From positions 23,080 through 87,079 of the forward strand of contig CAAGID010000018.1 of the NCBI GenBank assembly GCA_900769815.1: a stretch of DNA of 64,000 nt, written 5' to 3'. The position numbers were made by a program, and so were the translations under genes. Positions 1 to 9,965 of the stretch are shown here, in pieces. Within the stretch, counting starts at the first letter, position 1; the number at the start of each line of letters is the position of its first letter. The notes beneath the pieces were generated by a model, which ran no database searches, had not been told where the DNA came from, and worked only from the letters and a program-made list of their open reading frames with translations. This DNA comes from Clostridia bacterium (lineage in GTDB: Bacteria > Bacillota > Clostridia > Christensenellales > QALW01).

Positions 1-377
1 TTGATAAAATGGAATATATACATCTTAATAAAACTGCCGCAATGATAATTGGTGCCATCAAAGCAGGTGCCGTATGCGGAAAAACAACGGAAAATGATAT
101 TGAAATAATGGGCGAGTACGCAAAGGAAATAGGTTATACTTTTCAGATCGTTGATGATATTCTTGACGTTGTTGGAGACAGTGAAGAATTAGGCAAGAAA
201 ACGGGAAGCGATGAAAATAACCAAAAAACGACCTATGTTACCTTGTTCGGTGTTGACGGTGCAAAAGCAAAAGCAAAAGAACATACAGATAATGCCGTTA
301 CGCTTTTGAACGAATATGGCGAGAAGGCTCAGTTCTTTATAGATCTTGCTGATTATCTTTTGACAAGAAGAAAATAA
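1..377 (+). CDS. trans-isoprenyl diphosphate synthase (FPP/GGPP synthase), C-terminal fragment running off the 5' edge
   Basis: The frame is open to base 1 (..DKMEYIHLNKTAAMI..). It carries the second Asp-rich motif FQIVDDILDV followed by GKKTGSD. Confidence 0.85.
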   Translation, partial: DKMEYIHLNKTAAMIIGAIKAGAVCGKTTENDIEIMGEYAKEIGYTFQIVDDILDVVGDSEELGKKTGSDENNQKTTYVTLFGVDGAKAKAKEHTDNAVTLLNEYGEKAQFFIDLADYLLTRRK

Positions 378-382
378 AATTT

Positions 383-417
383 AAAGCAGTTGCTATGACA
401 GTAACTGCTTTTTTTGT
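383..417 (+). terminator. rho-independent terminator
   Basis: The stem aaagcagtt (383-391) pairs with aactgcttt (403-411) and is followed by a T-run. Confidence 0.7.
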
Positions 418-461
418 ATCTTTTTATACTATTTGGAAAAAGTAAATTAAAAGGAGTAAAG

Positions 462-800
462 ATGAAAAAGTTAAAGTTTTTAGTATCTGTAATAGCAGGC
501 TTTGTTAACGGCGTATTAGGTAGCGGCGGGGGAACTGTTATTTTGCCAATGCTTTATAAATGCTTTGATGATAAAAAAGATGCCCACAGGGGCGTAGTAT
601 TATTTGTGCTTCCACTATCCATTGTAAGTGTAGCGGTCTATGAAAATTTTACAATAAACAATATTACGTTGCTTGTTTGCCTTGGCGGTATTGTAGGCGG
701 AATAATTGGTTATATTTTAAGTAAAAAAATTAATGTGAAATTTCTAAAGATAATTTTTGGTCTTGTAATTATTTTTTCGGGGGTAAGGATGATTTTATGA
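462..800 (+). CDS. TauE/SafE (TSUP) family membrane protein, half-size subunit 1
   Basis: An aaggag RBS precedes the ATG at 462. The product is about 4 TM and has the G-rich motif LGSGGGTVILPML. Confidence 0.7.
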   Translation: MKKLKFLVSVIAGFVNGVLGSGGGTVILPMLYKCFDDKKDAHRGVVLFVLPLSIVSVAVYENFTINNITLLVCLGGIVGGIIGYILSKKINVKFLKIIFGLVIIFSGVRMIL

Positions 801-1177
801 TTGCATTTTTTATAGGAGTGATTTCTTACGTGCTTGCAGGCATGGGACTTGGCGGTGGAGTATTGCTTATTCCTTTATTAAAAGAATTTTTCGGAGTTAC
901 ACAGATAGAGGCACAATACATTTCATTGCTTGCATATATTCCTGCAGGCTTAACGATAATAATTGCATCAAAAAACAGGGATTTGTTATATAAAGTTGTT
1001 CCTTTAATTCCATTTGGGATTGTTGGTGCAATTATCGGAGGGGTAGTTGCCCGAAACATAAATGTTCTCTTTTTAAGAAAAGCTTACGGTGTATTTTTAA
1101 TCATTTTTGGTCTTGTTCTATGCTGTGGCAATACTCTTAAAGGTAAAAAAACGTCAAAAAAACGTTTTTTGACGTAA
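797..1177 (+). CDS. TauE/SafE (TSUP) family membrane protein, half-size subunit 2
   Basis: It overlaps the upstream ORF by ATGA. It has the motif GMGLGGGVLLIPLL and about 4 TM. Confidence 0.7.
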   Translation: MIAFFIGVISYVLAGMGLGGGVLLIPLLKEFFGVTQIEAQYISLLAYIPAGLTIIIASKNRDLLYKVVPLIPFGIVGAIIGGVVARNINVLFLRKAYGVFLIIFGLVLCCGNTLKGKKTSKKRFLT

Positions 1178-1318
1178 ATATATAAAATTTTCTGTAAATT
1201 TTAAAAAAAATTTTAAATTAACTATGGATTTTTATATAAATATATTATATAATATATTTAAATTTATATTCAGTAACTGTTTTTTGTTACGAAATACTAT
1301 TTCGGAGGAGATATTAAA

Positions 1319-2827
1319 ATGAGAAAAATTGCTATTATGGACATCGGTTCAAATAATGCCAGACTTATTATGGTCTACATTTATGATAACGGAAGTTACC
1401 GTATTGCAGATCAGCTTAAGGAACCTGTTAGGCTTATTTCCGATATGGGACACGATAACATCATTAAGCCAAGAAGAATTCAGCAGTTAATTAAAACGAT
1501 ACATATGTTCAAACGCCTTTGCAGTTCAAATGGCGTTGAGCAGATTTTTGCATATTGTACAGCCGCAGTTAATCGTGCAGCTAACCAGAGAAGTTTCCTT
1601 GACGAGGTTTATGCTACTACACAGATAGGTCTTGAAGTACTTACCGGTGAAAAAGAAGCAACACTTGTATTCCAGGGTGTTGTTAATACGATGGATATTG
1701 ACAGTGGTCTTATTATGGATATTGGCGGAGGAACGACACAGCTTGTTCACTTTGAAAAGCGTTCTATTAAAAATCTTGCGTGTCTTCCATTTGGTACAGT
1801 TACTTTAACTGAATTATTCGGTCTTGCAGATAAAGTAAAACAGGAACAGATAGATGCTATAGAGGATTTCTATCGCCAGCAGCTTGATTCTATTTCTTGG
1901 CTTTCAGCTATTGAAGGATTACCCATTATTGGTGTTGGCGGTTCATTCCGTAATCTTGGAAAAATTATGAGAATGAAGAGCAAAAAGGATATTGGCACAT
2001 TGCACAATTATGCTATCAGATCAAGAGAAATTGACGCCGTATATGAAAATATGTGCAAGCTTGACCTGGACAGACGTATGAAGATTAAAGGTCTTTCCAA
2101 CGAACGTGCAGATATATTCCTTGCCGCTTTTGCAGCTATTAAGACAACTGTAAGTTATATTAACTGTTCAGATATTTTTATCAGCTGTTGCGGACTTCGT
2201 GAAGGCATAATGTTCGGAGAAATTGACCATCAGATGACAGTTAAACCCGTTCAGCACGTGCTTGACTTTTCACTTACCAACACGCTTGGACTTTTCCAGG
2301 AAAACGTTGAACATGCAAACAACGTTTCAAAATTATCCTTGTTAATGTTTGAACAGCTCCGCCAGCTTCATAAGCTTCCCAATTCTTATATGCGTATAAT
2401 TAAAACTGCATCAACTCTTCACGATATTGGTGCAACGCTAAAATATCACGACCATCATAAGCATAGTTTTTATTTGATATTAAACTCAAACATTTACGGT
2501 CTTACACATCGCGAGCATCTTATGAGTGCCTTTGTTGCACTTGCACATCGTAAAGATGATGTTAAGAAGGAATGTCAGAGATATTCAGATATGATTAGCT
2601 CCGATGATTTGATGATTATTTATCGTCTTGCTGTGCTTGTCAGAATTGCTGAAAGCTTTGACCGTGCAATGGATGGTATTGTTGAATCTGTTTCCTGTGA
2701 TATTTTAGGCGATTCAGTAATAATGAAAACTCAGGCAACCTCTGATGCTTCTCTTGAAATTAAAGACGCTTTAACTTGCAGTGAAATGTTCAAGAAAGCC
2801 TATGGAAAAAATCTTGTTATACTTTAA
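1319..2827 (+). CDS. Ppx/GppA family phosphatase (exopolyphosphatase / pppGpp phosphohydrolase)
   Basis: The N-terminus MDIGSNNARL and the GGGTTQL motif indicate an ASKHA fold. The C-terminal part is HD-like (TLHDIG, HHKHS). Confidence 0.85.
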   Translation: MRKIAIMDIGSNNARLIMVYIYDNGSYRIADQLKEPVRLISDMGHDNIIKPRRIQQLIKTIHMFKRLCSSNGVEQIFAYCTAAVNRAANQRSFLDEVYATTQIGLEVLTGEKEATLVFQGVVNTMDIDSGLIMDIGGGTTQLVHFEKRSIKNLACLPFGTVTLTELFGLADKVKQEQIDAIEDFYRQQLDSISWLSAIEGLPIIGVGGSFRNLGKIMRMKSKKDIGTLHNYAIRSREIDAVYENMCKLDLDRRMKIKGLSNERADIFLAAFAAIKTTVSYINCSDIFISCCGLREGIMFGEIDHQMTVKPVQHVLDFSLTNTLGLFQENVEHANNVSKLSLLMFEQLRQLHKLPNSYMRIIKTASTLHDIGATLKYHDHHKHSFYLILNSNIYGLTHREHLMSAFVALAHRKDDVKKECQRYSDMISSDDLMIIYRLAVLVRIAESFDRAMDGIVESVSCDILGDSVIMKTQATSDASLEIKDALTCSEMFKKAYGKNLVIL

Positions 2828-2842
2828 TTGGAGACTTAAAAA

Positions 2843-5044
2843 ATGCAATTTGTTAATAAAAAAACTATAATTAAAAACGGAACTGAAATTGTTGATATTG
2901 ATATAAATGCAAAAAACGGTACGATAAGTTATGGTATACTTGATGCCCATAATACAGGCGATAGCATCGATAAATTAAAGATTAAATTTGATGCACTTGT
3001 TTCTCATGACATTACCTATGTGGGAATTATTCAGACTGCACGAGCAAGTGGATTAAAAAAATTCCCCATTACATACGCACTTACTAACTGCCACAACAGT
3101 CTTTGTGCAGTTGGCGGTACACTTAATGAGGATGACCACTTGTTTGGTCTTTCTGCTGCTAAGAAATACGGTGGTATGTATATTCCTCCGCACCTTGCGG
3201 TTATTCATTCTTTTGCACGCGAAGAACTTGCTGCCTGCGGAAGAATGATATTAGGCTCTGATAGCCATACACGTTACGGTGCGCTTGGCACAATGGCAAT
3301 CGGTGAAGGTGGGCCTGAACTTGTTAAACAGCTTCTTGAAAGAACTTATGATGTTGACTATCCCGATGTTGTTGCAGTATATCTTAAAGGCGAGCCTAAA
3401 GCCGGCGTTGGTCCGCACGACGTTGCAATAGCAATGTGCAAGGAAGTCTTTAAGAATGGCTTAGTTAAAAATAAAGTTCTTGAATTTGTTGGACCCGGAG
3501 TTAAAAACTTAAGCGTTGATTACCGTTGCGGAATCGACGTTATGACTACTGAAACAACTTGTCTTTCATCAATTTGGATGACTGATGATAAAGTTCGTGA
3601 ATATTATAGAATACACGGAAGGGAAGAGGATTACAAGGAATTAAAGCCTCTTGAGTATGCTGAATATGATGCTTTACTTGAGATTGACCTTTCTGAAATT
3701 GAGCCAATGATTGCACTTCCGTTCCATCCAAGTAACGCCTATACAATCAGAGAATTTAAGGCAAATGCTAAAGAGATTCTTGCCGCATTGGATGAGGAAA
3801 TAAAAACACAGTATCCAAAGTGTAATTGCTGTGTATCAGATAAGCTTAAAGATGACGGTTTCCACGTTGATCAAGGTGTTATTGCAGGCTGTGCCGGTGG
3901 AATTTTTGAGAATATTACTTGTGCTAACGACATATTAAAAGGTGGAAGCACAGGCAACGATGCATTTTCTCTTAACATATATCCTGCCAGCCAAAGCGTA
4001 TATCTTGACCTTGTTCAAAAGGGTGTTATTTCGGATCTTATGGAAAGCGGTGCAGTAATCAAAACTGCTTTCTGCGGCCCATGTTTTGGTGCAGGTGATG
4101 TACCTGCAAATAATGCATTCAGTATCCGTCACACAACACGTAACTTCCCGAACCGTGAAGGAAGTAAACCCGGCGAGGGACAGTTGTCCTTAGTTGCACT
4201 TATGGATGCCCGCAGTATTGCCTCTACTGCTCTTAACGGCGGTATTCTTACCGGTGCTGATGAGCTTAACGTAGACTATACTGAATATGATTACGTGTAT
4301 CATAATGAAATTTATAAAAAACGCGTATATGATGGCAGAAATAAGGAAAATCCCGATGAAAATCTCATTTTAGGTCCCAATATTGCCGACTGGCCATCAT
4401 TAAAAGAAATGCCTGACCAGGTTCTTCTTAAGCTTGCAAGCGTTTTAAGAGATAACGTTACAACCACTGATGAACTTATTCCTTCGGGCGAAACAAGTAC
4501 GTTGCGTTCAAACCCCTATAAACTTTCAAGATTTACTCTTTCAAGAAAAGACCCTGAATACGTGCTTCGTGCTGATGAAATTAAAGCAATTGAAGATGGC
4601 GAAAATCGCATTGAGTTATTTAATGAACTCAATAAAATTGACGGTATTAAGATTTCAGATTGCGTTTACGGCAGTGCAATTTATGCGAATATGCCCGGCG
4701 ACGGTTCAGCGAGAGAACAGGCTGCAAGTTGCCAGAAGGTTCTTGGCGGATGGGGAAATATTGCACTTGAATATGCAACAAAGAGATACAGAAGCAACCT
4801 TATAAACTGGGGCATTTTACCCTTGTTATGTACTAAAGAAATTTCAGAAATGTTTGCTTGCGGAGATTATGTATTCCTTCCCGAAATCAAATCAGACCTT
4901 ACTTTAGGTAAAACCGAGACAACTGCTTTTGTTATTAAAAATAATGAAGCCAAAAAGGTTAAACTTGGTATTGTACCAATGACAAAAGATGAAAGAGATA
5001 TTCTGCTTAGTGGCGGACTTATAAATTATTATTCTAAAAAATAA
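2843..5044 (+). CDS. aconitase-family hydratase (putative aconitate hydratase)
   Basis: It has the Fe-S ligand motifs ILGSDSHTRYG and CGPCFG. The C-terminal part resembles a swivel domain (GDGSAREQAA). Confidence 0.75.
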   Translation: MQFVNKKTIIKNGTEIVDIDINAKNGTISYGILDAHNTGDSIDKLKIKFDALVSHDITYVGIIQTARASGLKKFPITYALTNCHNSLCAVGGTLNEDDHLFGLSAAKKYGGMYIPPHLAVIHSFAREELAACGRMILGSDSHTRYGALGTMAIGEGGPELVKQLLERTYDVDYPDVVAVYLKGEPKAGVGPHDVAIAMCKEVFKNGLVKNKVLEFVGPGVKNLSVDYRCGIDVMTTETTCLSSIWMTDDKVREYYRIHGREEDYKELKPLEYAEYDALLEIDLSEIEPMIALPFHPSNAYTIREFKANAKEILAALDEEIKTQYPKCNCCVSDKLKDDGFHVDQGVIAGCAGGIFENITCANDILKGGSTGNDAFSLNIYPASQSVYLDLVQKGVISDLMESGAVIKTAFCGPCFGAGDVPANNAFSIRHTTRNFPNREGSKPGEGQLSLVALMDARSIASTALNGGILTGADELNVDYTEYDYVYHNEIYKKRVYDGRNKENPDENLILGPNIADWPSLKEMPDQVLLKLASVLRDNVTTTDELIPSGETSTLRSNPYKLSRFTLSRKDPEYVLRADEIKAIEDGENRIELFNELNKIDGIKISDCVYGSAIYANMPGDGSAREQAASCQKVLGGWGNIALEYATKRYRSNLINWGILPLLCTKEISEMFACGDYVFLPEIKSDLTLGKTETTAFVIKNNEAKKVKLGIVPMTKDERDILLSGGLINYYSKK

Positions 5045-5059
5045 TTGGAGGATATTTTA

Positions 5060-6061
5060 ATGGGATTTTTCACCCGTGATCTTGGTATTGACTTAGGTAC
5101 TGCAAATACTCTTGTGTATTTAAGAGGCAAAGGTATTATTATAAGAGAGCCCAGCGTTGTTGCAGTTAAAGTTTCAGGCAGTCGAAAAGAAGTTCTTGCA
5201 GTAGGCGAAAAAGCAAAAAATATGATAGGAAGAACTCCCGGTAATATTATTGCTGTTAAGCCTTTAAGAGACGGTGTTATTGCTGACTTTGATGTTACGG
5301 CGGCTATGCTTTCAGATATAATTCACAGGGCTATGCCAAGGGCATTTTCTCTTACAAGAACACGTGTTGTTATATGTGTACCTTGTGGTGTAACGGGCGT
5401 TGAACGTAAAGCGGTTGAAGATGCTGCAAAAAATGCAGGGGCAAGCCACGTAGAGATTATTGAAGAGCCTAAGGCGAGTGCTATTGGTGCAGGTTTGCCT
5501 ATAAATGAGCCTTCCGGTTGCATGATTGTTGATATTGGCGGCGGTTCAAGCGAAATGGCTGTTATTTCTCTTGGTGGAATTGTTGTATCACGTTCACTTA
5601 GAATTGCAGGAAATAAGCTTGATGATGCCATTATGAATTTTGTTAAGAAAGAATTTAATCTTGCTATCGGCGAACGTACAAGTGAAGAGATAAAGGTTCA
5701 AATTGGTTCTGCATATCCTACAGGTGAAGAAAAATCTATGAATATAAGAGGACGTGACCTTGTTTCAGGTCTTCCCAAAACTGTTACAATTACCTCAAGC
5801 CACGTTCGCGAAGCATTAAGAGAGCCTTTAATGGCAATTATTGATGCTGTAAAAGTGACCCTTGAGGATACACCTCCCGAGCTTGCAGCAGATATTATGG
5901 AAAGAGGAATATATCTTGCAGGTGGCGGTGCACTTCTTAAGGGGATGGATACACTTATAAAATATGAAACAGGTATGCCCGTTGTTATTGCCGATTCACC
6001 TCTTGATTGCGTTGTTACAGGTGCAGGAATGGCACTTGAAAATCTTGATTATCTTTCCTGA
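5060..6061 (+). CDS. mreB: rod shape-determining protein MreB
   Basis: A ggagga RBS precedes the ATG at 5060. The product has the actin-like motifs GIDLGTANT and DIGGGSSE. Confidence 0.95.
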   Translation: MGFFTRDLGIDLGTANTLVYLRGKGIIIREPSVVAVKVSGSRKEVLAVGEKAKNMIGRTPGNIIAVKPLRDGVIADFDVTAAMLSDIIHRAMPRAFSLTRTRVVICVPCGVTGVERKAVEDAAKNAGASHVEIIEEPKASAIGAGLPINEPSGCMIVDIGGGSSEMAVISLGGIVVSRSLRIAGNKLDDAIMNFVKKEFNLAIGERTSEEIKVQIGSAYPTGEEKSMNIRGRDLVSGLPKTVTITSSHVREALREPLMAIIDAVKVTLEDTPPELAADIMERGIYLAGGGALLKGMDTLIKYETGMPVVIADSPLDCVVTGAGMALENLDYLS

Positions 6062-6073
6062 TAGGGAGTTAAT

Positions 6074-6916
6074 ATGAAAAAACTTGATCGAAAAAAAGTT
6101 AAGATCGGCAAATATATACTGATAGGATTCGTTGTGTTTGTTACGCTCATATTATTGATGTTTAACAGCGGTGTATCCTTTTTAGAAAAAATTTCAGGCT
6201 ACGTTGTAAATCCTATAATTTTTACGGTTGATTCTGTTTCTGGGGGGATTGGCAATTTCTTTGGAAGCTTTGGTCAGAGGACAAAATTAAAAGAACAATT
6301 ACGTGTTGCAGAAGAACGTCTTGCACAGCTTGAAACAGTACAGTCTGTTGCAGACGAAGTAAAAGCTGAAAACGAAAGATTACTTGCACTTCTCGGCGAA
6401 AGCGAAAAGTATCCTGAATTTCAGTATGAATATGCAAAAGTTATCGCACGTAGTGTAGATGACTATAGTGTAACCTTTACTCTTAATAAGGGCGAAAATG
6501 ACGGTATTAAAAAGAATATGGTTGTTATTGCCCCAGGTGGTTTGGCAGGCAAAATAATTGAAACGTCAGACCATACGTCAATTTTATTAGCCGTTACTGA
6601 TTCAAGGTGCGGTGTACCTGCACTTTCTGAATCAAGTAGGGATATGGGCATTGTAAGCGGTGTCAGTGATTCCGGAACAACCGCAGGATTTTGTATGATG
6701 ACGGATCTTCCTACAAATGCAATTATTAAGCCCGGTGATTCCGTTATAACTTCAGGAATGGGTGAGGTTTATCCCAAAGGGATAAATATCGGAACAATAA
6801 CAGAGGTTTCGAAAGGAAATCTTAATCAATTCAATTCTTCTGCTAAACTTTCGCCCGCTGTTGATTTTGACCATCTTGAAAGCGTGCTTATAATTACAAA
6901 TACGGAGGGCGTGTGA
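6074..6916 (+). CDS. mreC: rod shape-determining protein MreC
   Basis: It has an N-terminal TM, a coiled coil and a beta-rich C-terminus. It sits between mreB and mreD. Confidence 0.85.
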   Translation: MKKLDRKKVKIGKYILIGFVVFVTLILLMFNSGVSFLEKISGYVVNPIIFTVDSVSGGIGNFFGSFGQRTKLKEQLRVAEERLAQLETVQSVADEVKAENERLLALLGESEKYPEFQYEYAKVIARSVDDYSVTFTLNKGENDGIKKNMVVIAPGGLAGKIIETSDHTSILLAVTDSRCGVPALSESSRDMGIVSGVSDSGTTAGFCMMTDLPTNAIIKPGDSVITSGMGEVYPKGINIGTITEVSKGNLNQFNSSAKLSPAVDFDHLESVLIITNTEGV

Positions 6917-7440
6917 TGAGAACCATATCGATGTTCGTTCTGTCCAGCATCCTTTTTGTATGTCATATTATGATTGCACCCGCAATCGAGATTTTCAATG
7001 CAAAAATTGATTTCATTATGATTTCAATTTTGCTCATTGCCTTATTCTCTAAAAAGTGGTATCCACCGGTACTTTGTGCGGTGTATTCCGGATTGTCTGT
7101 TGATATAACAACTCAGGCAAATACATATATAAATACCGGAATCTACCTTTTTTTTGGAATTGCATTAGGTGTACTTGTTCTTTTCTTTAAAGAACATAAT
7201 GTTCTAATTACCGCAGTTGCAACTTTGGTAATGGTAGCATTAAAACACCTTATTTTTGTTTTTTTATTATATGTTATGCGATTTTCGCAAACGCTTACAC
7301 TTATGACATTTTTTTACGGAATTCCTTCAGCCATATACAGTGCTATTATTGGCATAGGCATTTATTTTGTATATAAAGGTGTTTTTTCATTCCCGTTTAT
7401 GGAAGAAAGGAATGAAAACGAAGGTAAATATATTATCTGA
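6913..7440 (+). CDS. mreD: rod shape-determining protein MreD
   Basis: It is a 175 aa polytopic membrane protein whose start overlaps the mreC stop. The call rests largely on position. Confidence 0.7.
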   Translation: MMRTISMFVLSSILFVCHIMIAPAIEIFNAKIDFIMISILLIALFSKKWYPPVLCAVYSGLSVDITTQANTYINTGIYLFFGIALGVLVLFFKEHNVLITAVATLVMVALKHLIFVFLLYVMRFSQTLTLMTFFYGIPSAIYSAIIGIGIYFVYKGVFSFPFMEERNENEGKYII

Positions 7441-7451
7441 ATGGTGAATTA

Positions 7452-9956
7452 ATGGGCTTATTAAACAGAGAAAATACAACAGGAATGAATATGACCAAAC
7501 GCCGCAGCAGTGTTGTGCTTATGGCGTTTATTCTTGCGTTCATTATACTTGTATTTGCAGTTGGCGATTTACAGTTTATTAAGCAGGAAAAAATTTCAGA
7601 AGCAACCTCTGTTAAGCATACCCGTACTTTAAAAATTCAGGGTTCACGCGGAAAAATTCTTGACGTTAACGGTATTCCTTTAGCACAGGATGAAATTAGT
7701 TATAATCTTGAATTTTATCGTGAATATAATTTAAAATCAGAAAGAGAACAATATACAAATGCTATAATTTTTGCAATAGAACTTGCAAAAAAATACGGCA
7801 GAGATATTGAAACTACTTTTGCAATAACAAAGAATAATATGGGAGAATTTTTCTTCTGCTGGGGAAACGTAAGTGAAGAAATTGCTCAAAAACGTGAAAA
7901 AACATGGAGAAGCGATTTTTACTTTGCAGACAGTAAAGGCTTAAAAATGTCGCCATATGAAATTTATATTGAAATGCGTGAACGTTACGTTATTCCCGAA
8001 GATATGAGCGACGAAATGGCGTTTAAGGTTCTTGGTATATGGCAGGATAGCATACAATCATATTGGGCATCAAAATCTATAACTGTGCTTACCAATATTA
8101 GTTTAGAACTTGCAACTGCAATTGAAAGCTACAGTTATGAATTAACGGGCTTTAATGTTACGGAAAAGACAAAACGAGTATATCCTCAGGGAATGGTAGG
8201 AAGCCATATTGTCGGCTATCTTGGCAGAATAACTTCGGAAAATCGAGCATATTATGATGAACATAATTATGATATTGAGAGTCTTGTTGGAGTCTCAGGC
8301 ATCGAAAGTGTTATGGAGGCTGAACTAACAGGCTCCAACGGTGAAAGAAGTGGTCAACGCGTTGTAGAAGTTACTTCTGGCGGAAGAATTCTTAACGAGC
8401 TTTCCTATGATGCACCGCAAAGCGGAAATAACGTATATTTAACTATTGATAACAATCTTCAAAGAGTTGCAGAAGAGGCTTTGCGTAAGAATATTGCAGA
8501 AATAAAGGTTCGTCAGCTGGAGGAATATAATAATCCCAAAAACACGCAACGATACCTTAACCTTGTTGCTGAGCGTGGAGGAAAAGAAATAAAGTTTGCA
8601 CAAGTTGGCGCTGCGGTTGTTATGGATGTTACAAATGGTGACGTTCTTGCACTTGTAAGCGAACCAAACTATGACCCTAATTTGTTTTCACAAGGAATTT
8701 CTCAAGAAGATCTTGATGCTATAATAAATGATGAAGCTAAGCCGTTGTTCAATAAAGCTATAAGCTCCTCAGACACACCGGGTTCGATTTTTAAACTTGG
8801 TATGTCCCTTGCGGGTCTTGAGGAAGGCGTAATTACTGCAACTGAAACCATTGAAGATTTAGGCGAGTATAAAAAATACGTTTCAGGCACTGAAAAAGGA
8901 CCCATGTGTGGTTGGTATCGTGATAATCATGAAACTCACGGACATATTAACGTTATAAGTGCTATCAATTATTCCTGTAACTATTTTTATTACGAATTAG
9001 CCGATAGATTGGGCATTGAAAAAATAAAAAAATGGGCAACTAATCTCGGGCTTCTTGATAAGACAAACATTGAATTGACAGGCGAGAAAGTAGGTATTGT
9101 AGGCGACCAGAAGACTCTTTATGATCATACCCGTGATATAAATGACCAGGACACAAGCCTTCCTTACCTTGTTTCAAAACAGATTGTAACTATACTTAAG
9201 GAGTGTGCATTTGCATCGGGCAAACAACTAACTGAGCAACAAATTAACGATATTATGCTTCGTTGTTTTGAAATGGTTGGTAAAACGAGAACGGAAATTT
9301 TTGACGGAGTTCAAAAAATGCTTGTTGATGAGTATAGTATGTCGAAAGCGAAGGTGCGTGATGACACCCGATATAAAATCTACAGCTCCATTGTTCAGAT
9401 TACCTGGACAAATACCACAACTATTCAGACGGGAATTGGTCAGAGTATTACAACAGTTACTCCTATTGCCGTTGCAAGATATATTTCTGCACTTGTTAAC
9501 GGTGGTTACGTATATGATGCTCATATTGTTGATAAAGTTACTTCTCCTATGGGAGAACTTGTTTATGAGCAACAGCCTACACTTGTTCGCAAACTTGATA
9601 TTAAGCAAGAAAATCTTGATGTCATCAAACGCGGAATGCGTGATATGGTTAATGAAAGCGAAGACAGATATTCATCTACCGCACGAAATTATTTTGACGA
9701 ATTTAAGTATAAAGAGCAATTAGGCGGCAAAACGGGTACCGCTCAGGTTTCACAGATTAATCTTGAGGATAATGCTTGGTTTGTTGCCTTTGCGCCTTAC
9801 GAGAAGCCCGAAATAGCTATAGTCGTTTATATTCCTAACGGAAGGTCAGGTTCAATGGCAAGTTCAACAGTTAAAGAAATTGCCGAATATTATCTTGATT
9901 TGAAATATACAGTTGAGAATGATTCGTTACCTGACGATAGTTCTGTTATATATTAA
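7452..9956 (+). CDS. mrdA: penicillin-binding protein 2 (class B transpeptidase)
   Basis: It has an N-terminal TM anchor and the three motifs SxxK (SIFK), SxN (SCN) and KTG (GKTGTA). It follows mreBCD. Confidence 0.9.
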   Translation: MGLLNRENTTGMNMTKRRSSVVLMAFILAFIILVFAVGDLQFIKQEKISEATSVKHTRTLKIQGSRGKILDVNGIPLAQDEISYNLEFYREYNLKSEREQYTNAIIFAIELAKKYGRDIETTFAITKNNMGEFFFCWGNVSEEIAQKREKTWRSDFYFADSKGLKMSPYEIYIEMRERYVIPEDMSDEMAFKVLGIWQDSIQSYWASKSITVLTNISLELATAIESYSYELTGFNVTEKTKRVYPQGMVGSHIVGYLGRITSENRAYYDEHNYDIESLVGVSGIESVMEAELTGSNGERSGQRVVEVTSGGRILNELSYDAPQSGNNVYLTIDNNLQRVAEEALRKNIAEIKVRQLEEYNNPKNTQRYLNLVAERGGKEIKFAQVGAAVVMDVTNGDVLALVSEPNYDPNLFSQGISQEDLDAIINDEAKPLFNKAISSSDTPGSIFKLGMSLAGLEEGVITATETIEDLGEYKKYVSGTEKGPMCGWYRDNHETHGHINVISAINYSCNYFYYELADRLGIEKIKKWATNLGLLDKTNIELTGEKVGIVGDQKTLYDHTRDINDQDTSLPYLVSKQIVTILKECAFASGKQLTEQQINDIMLRCFEMVGKTRTEIFDGVQKMLVDEYSMSKAKVRDDTRYKIYSSIVQITWTNTTTIQTGIGQSITTVTPIAVARYISALVNGGYVYDAHIVDKVTSPMGELVYEQQPTLVRKLDIKQENLDVIKRGMRDMVNESEDRYSSTARNYFDEFKYKEQLGGKTGTAQVSQINLEDNAWFVAFAPYEKPEIAIVVYIPNGRSGSMASSTVKEIAEYYLDLKYTVENDSLPDDSSVIY

Positions 9957-9965
9957 GAGGTTTGT

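Noticed and set aside
414-461. Upstream extension of the first TauE half (MYLFILFGKSKLKGVK).
   Set aside because: It begins within the T-run of the preceding terminator. An aaggag RBS precedes the ATG at 462.
1151-1175. AT-rich palindrome acgtcaaaaaa-acg-ttttttgacgt at the 3' end of the second TauE gene, considered as a terminator or protein-binding site.
   Set aside because: It lies inside the coding sequence (KTSKKRFLT). The stem is almost pure A-T and no U-tract follows, so I cannot support a function.
2843-5044. The aconitase-family gene sandwiched between ppx and mreB, considered as unusual.
   Set aside because: The motifs are intact, and partial TCA enzymes are common in anaerobic Firmicutes. 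Nothing in the sequence suggests a novel function.
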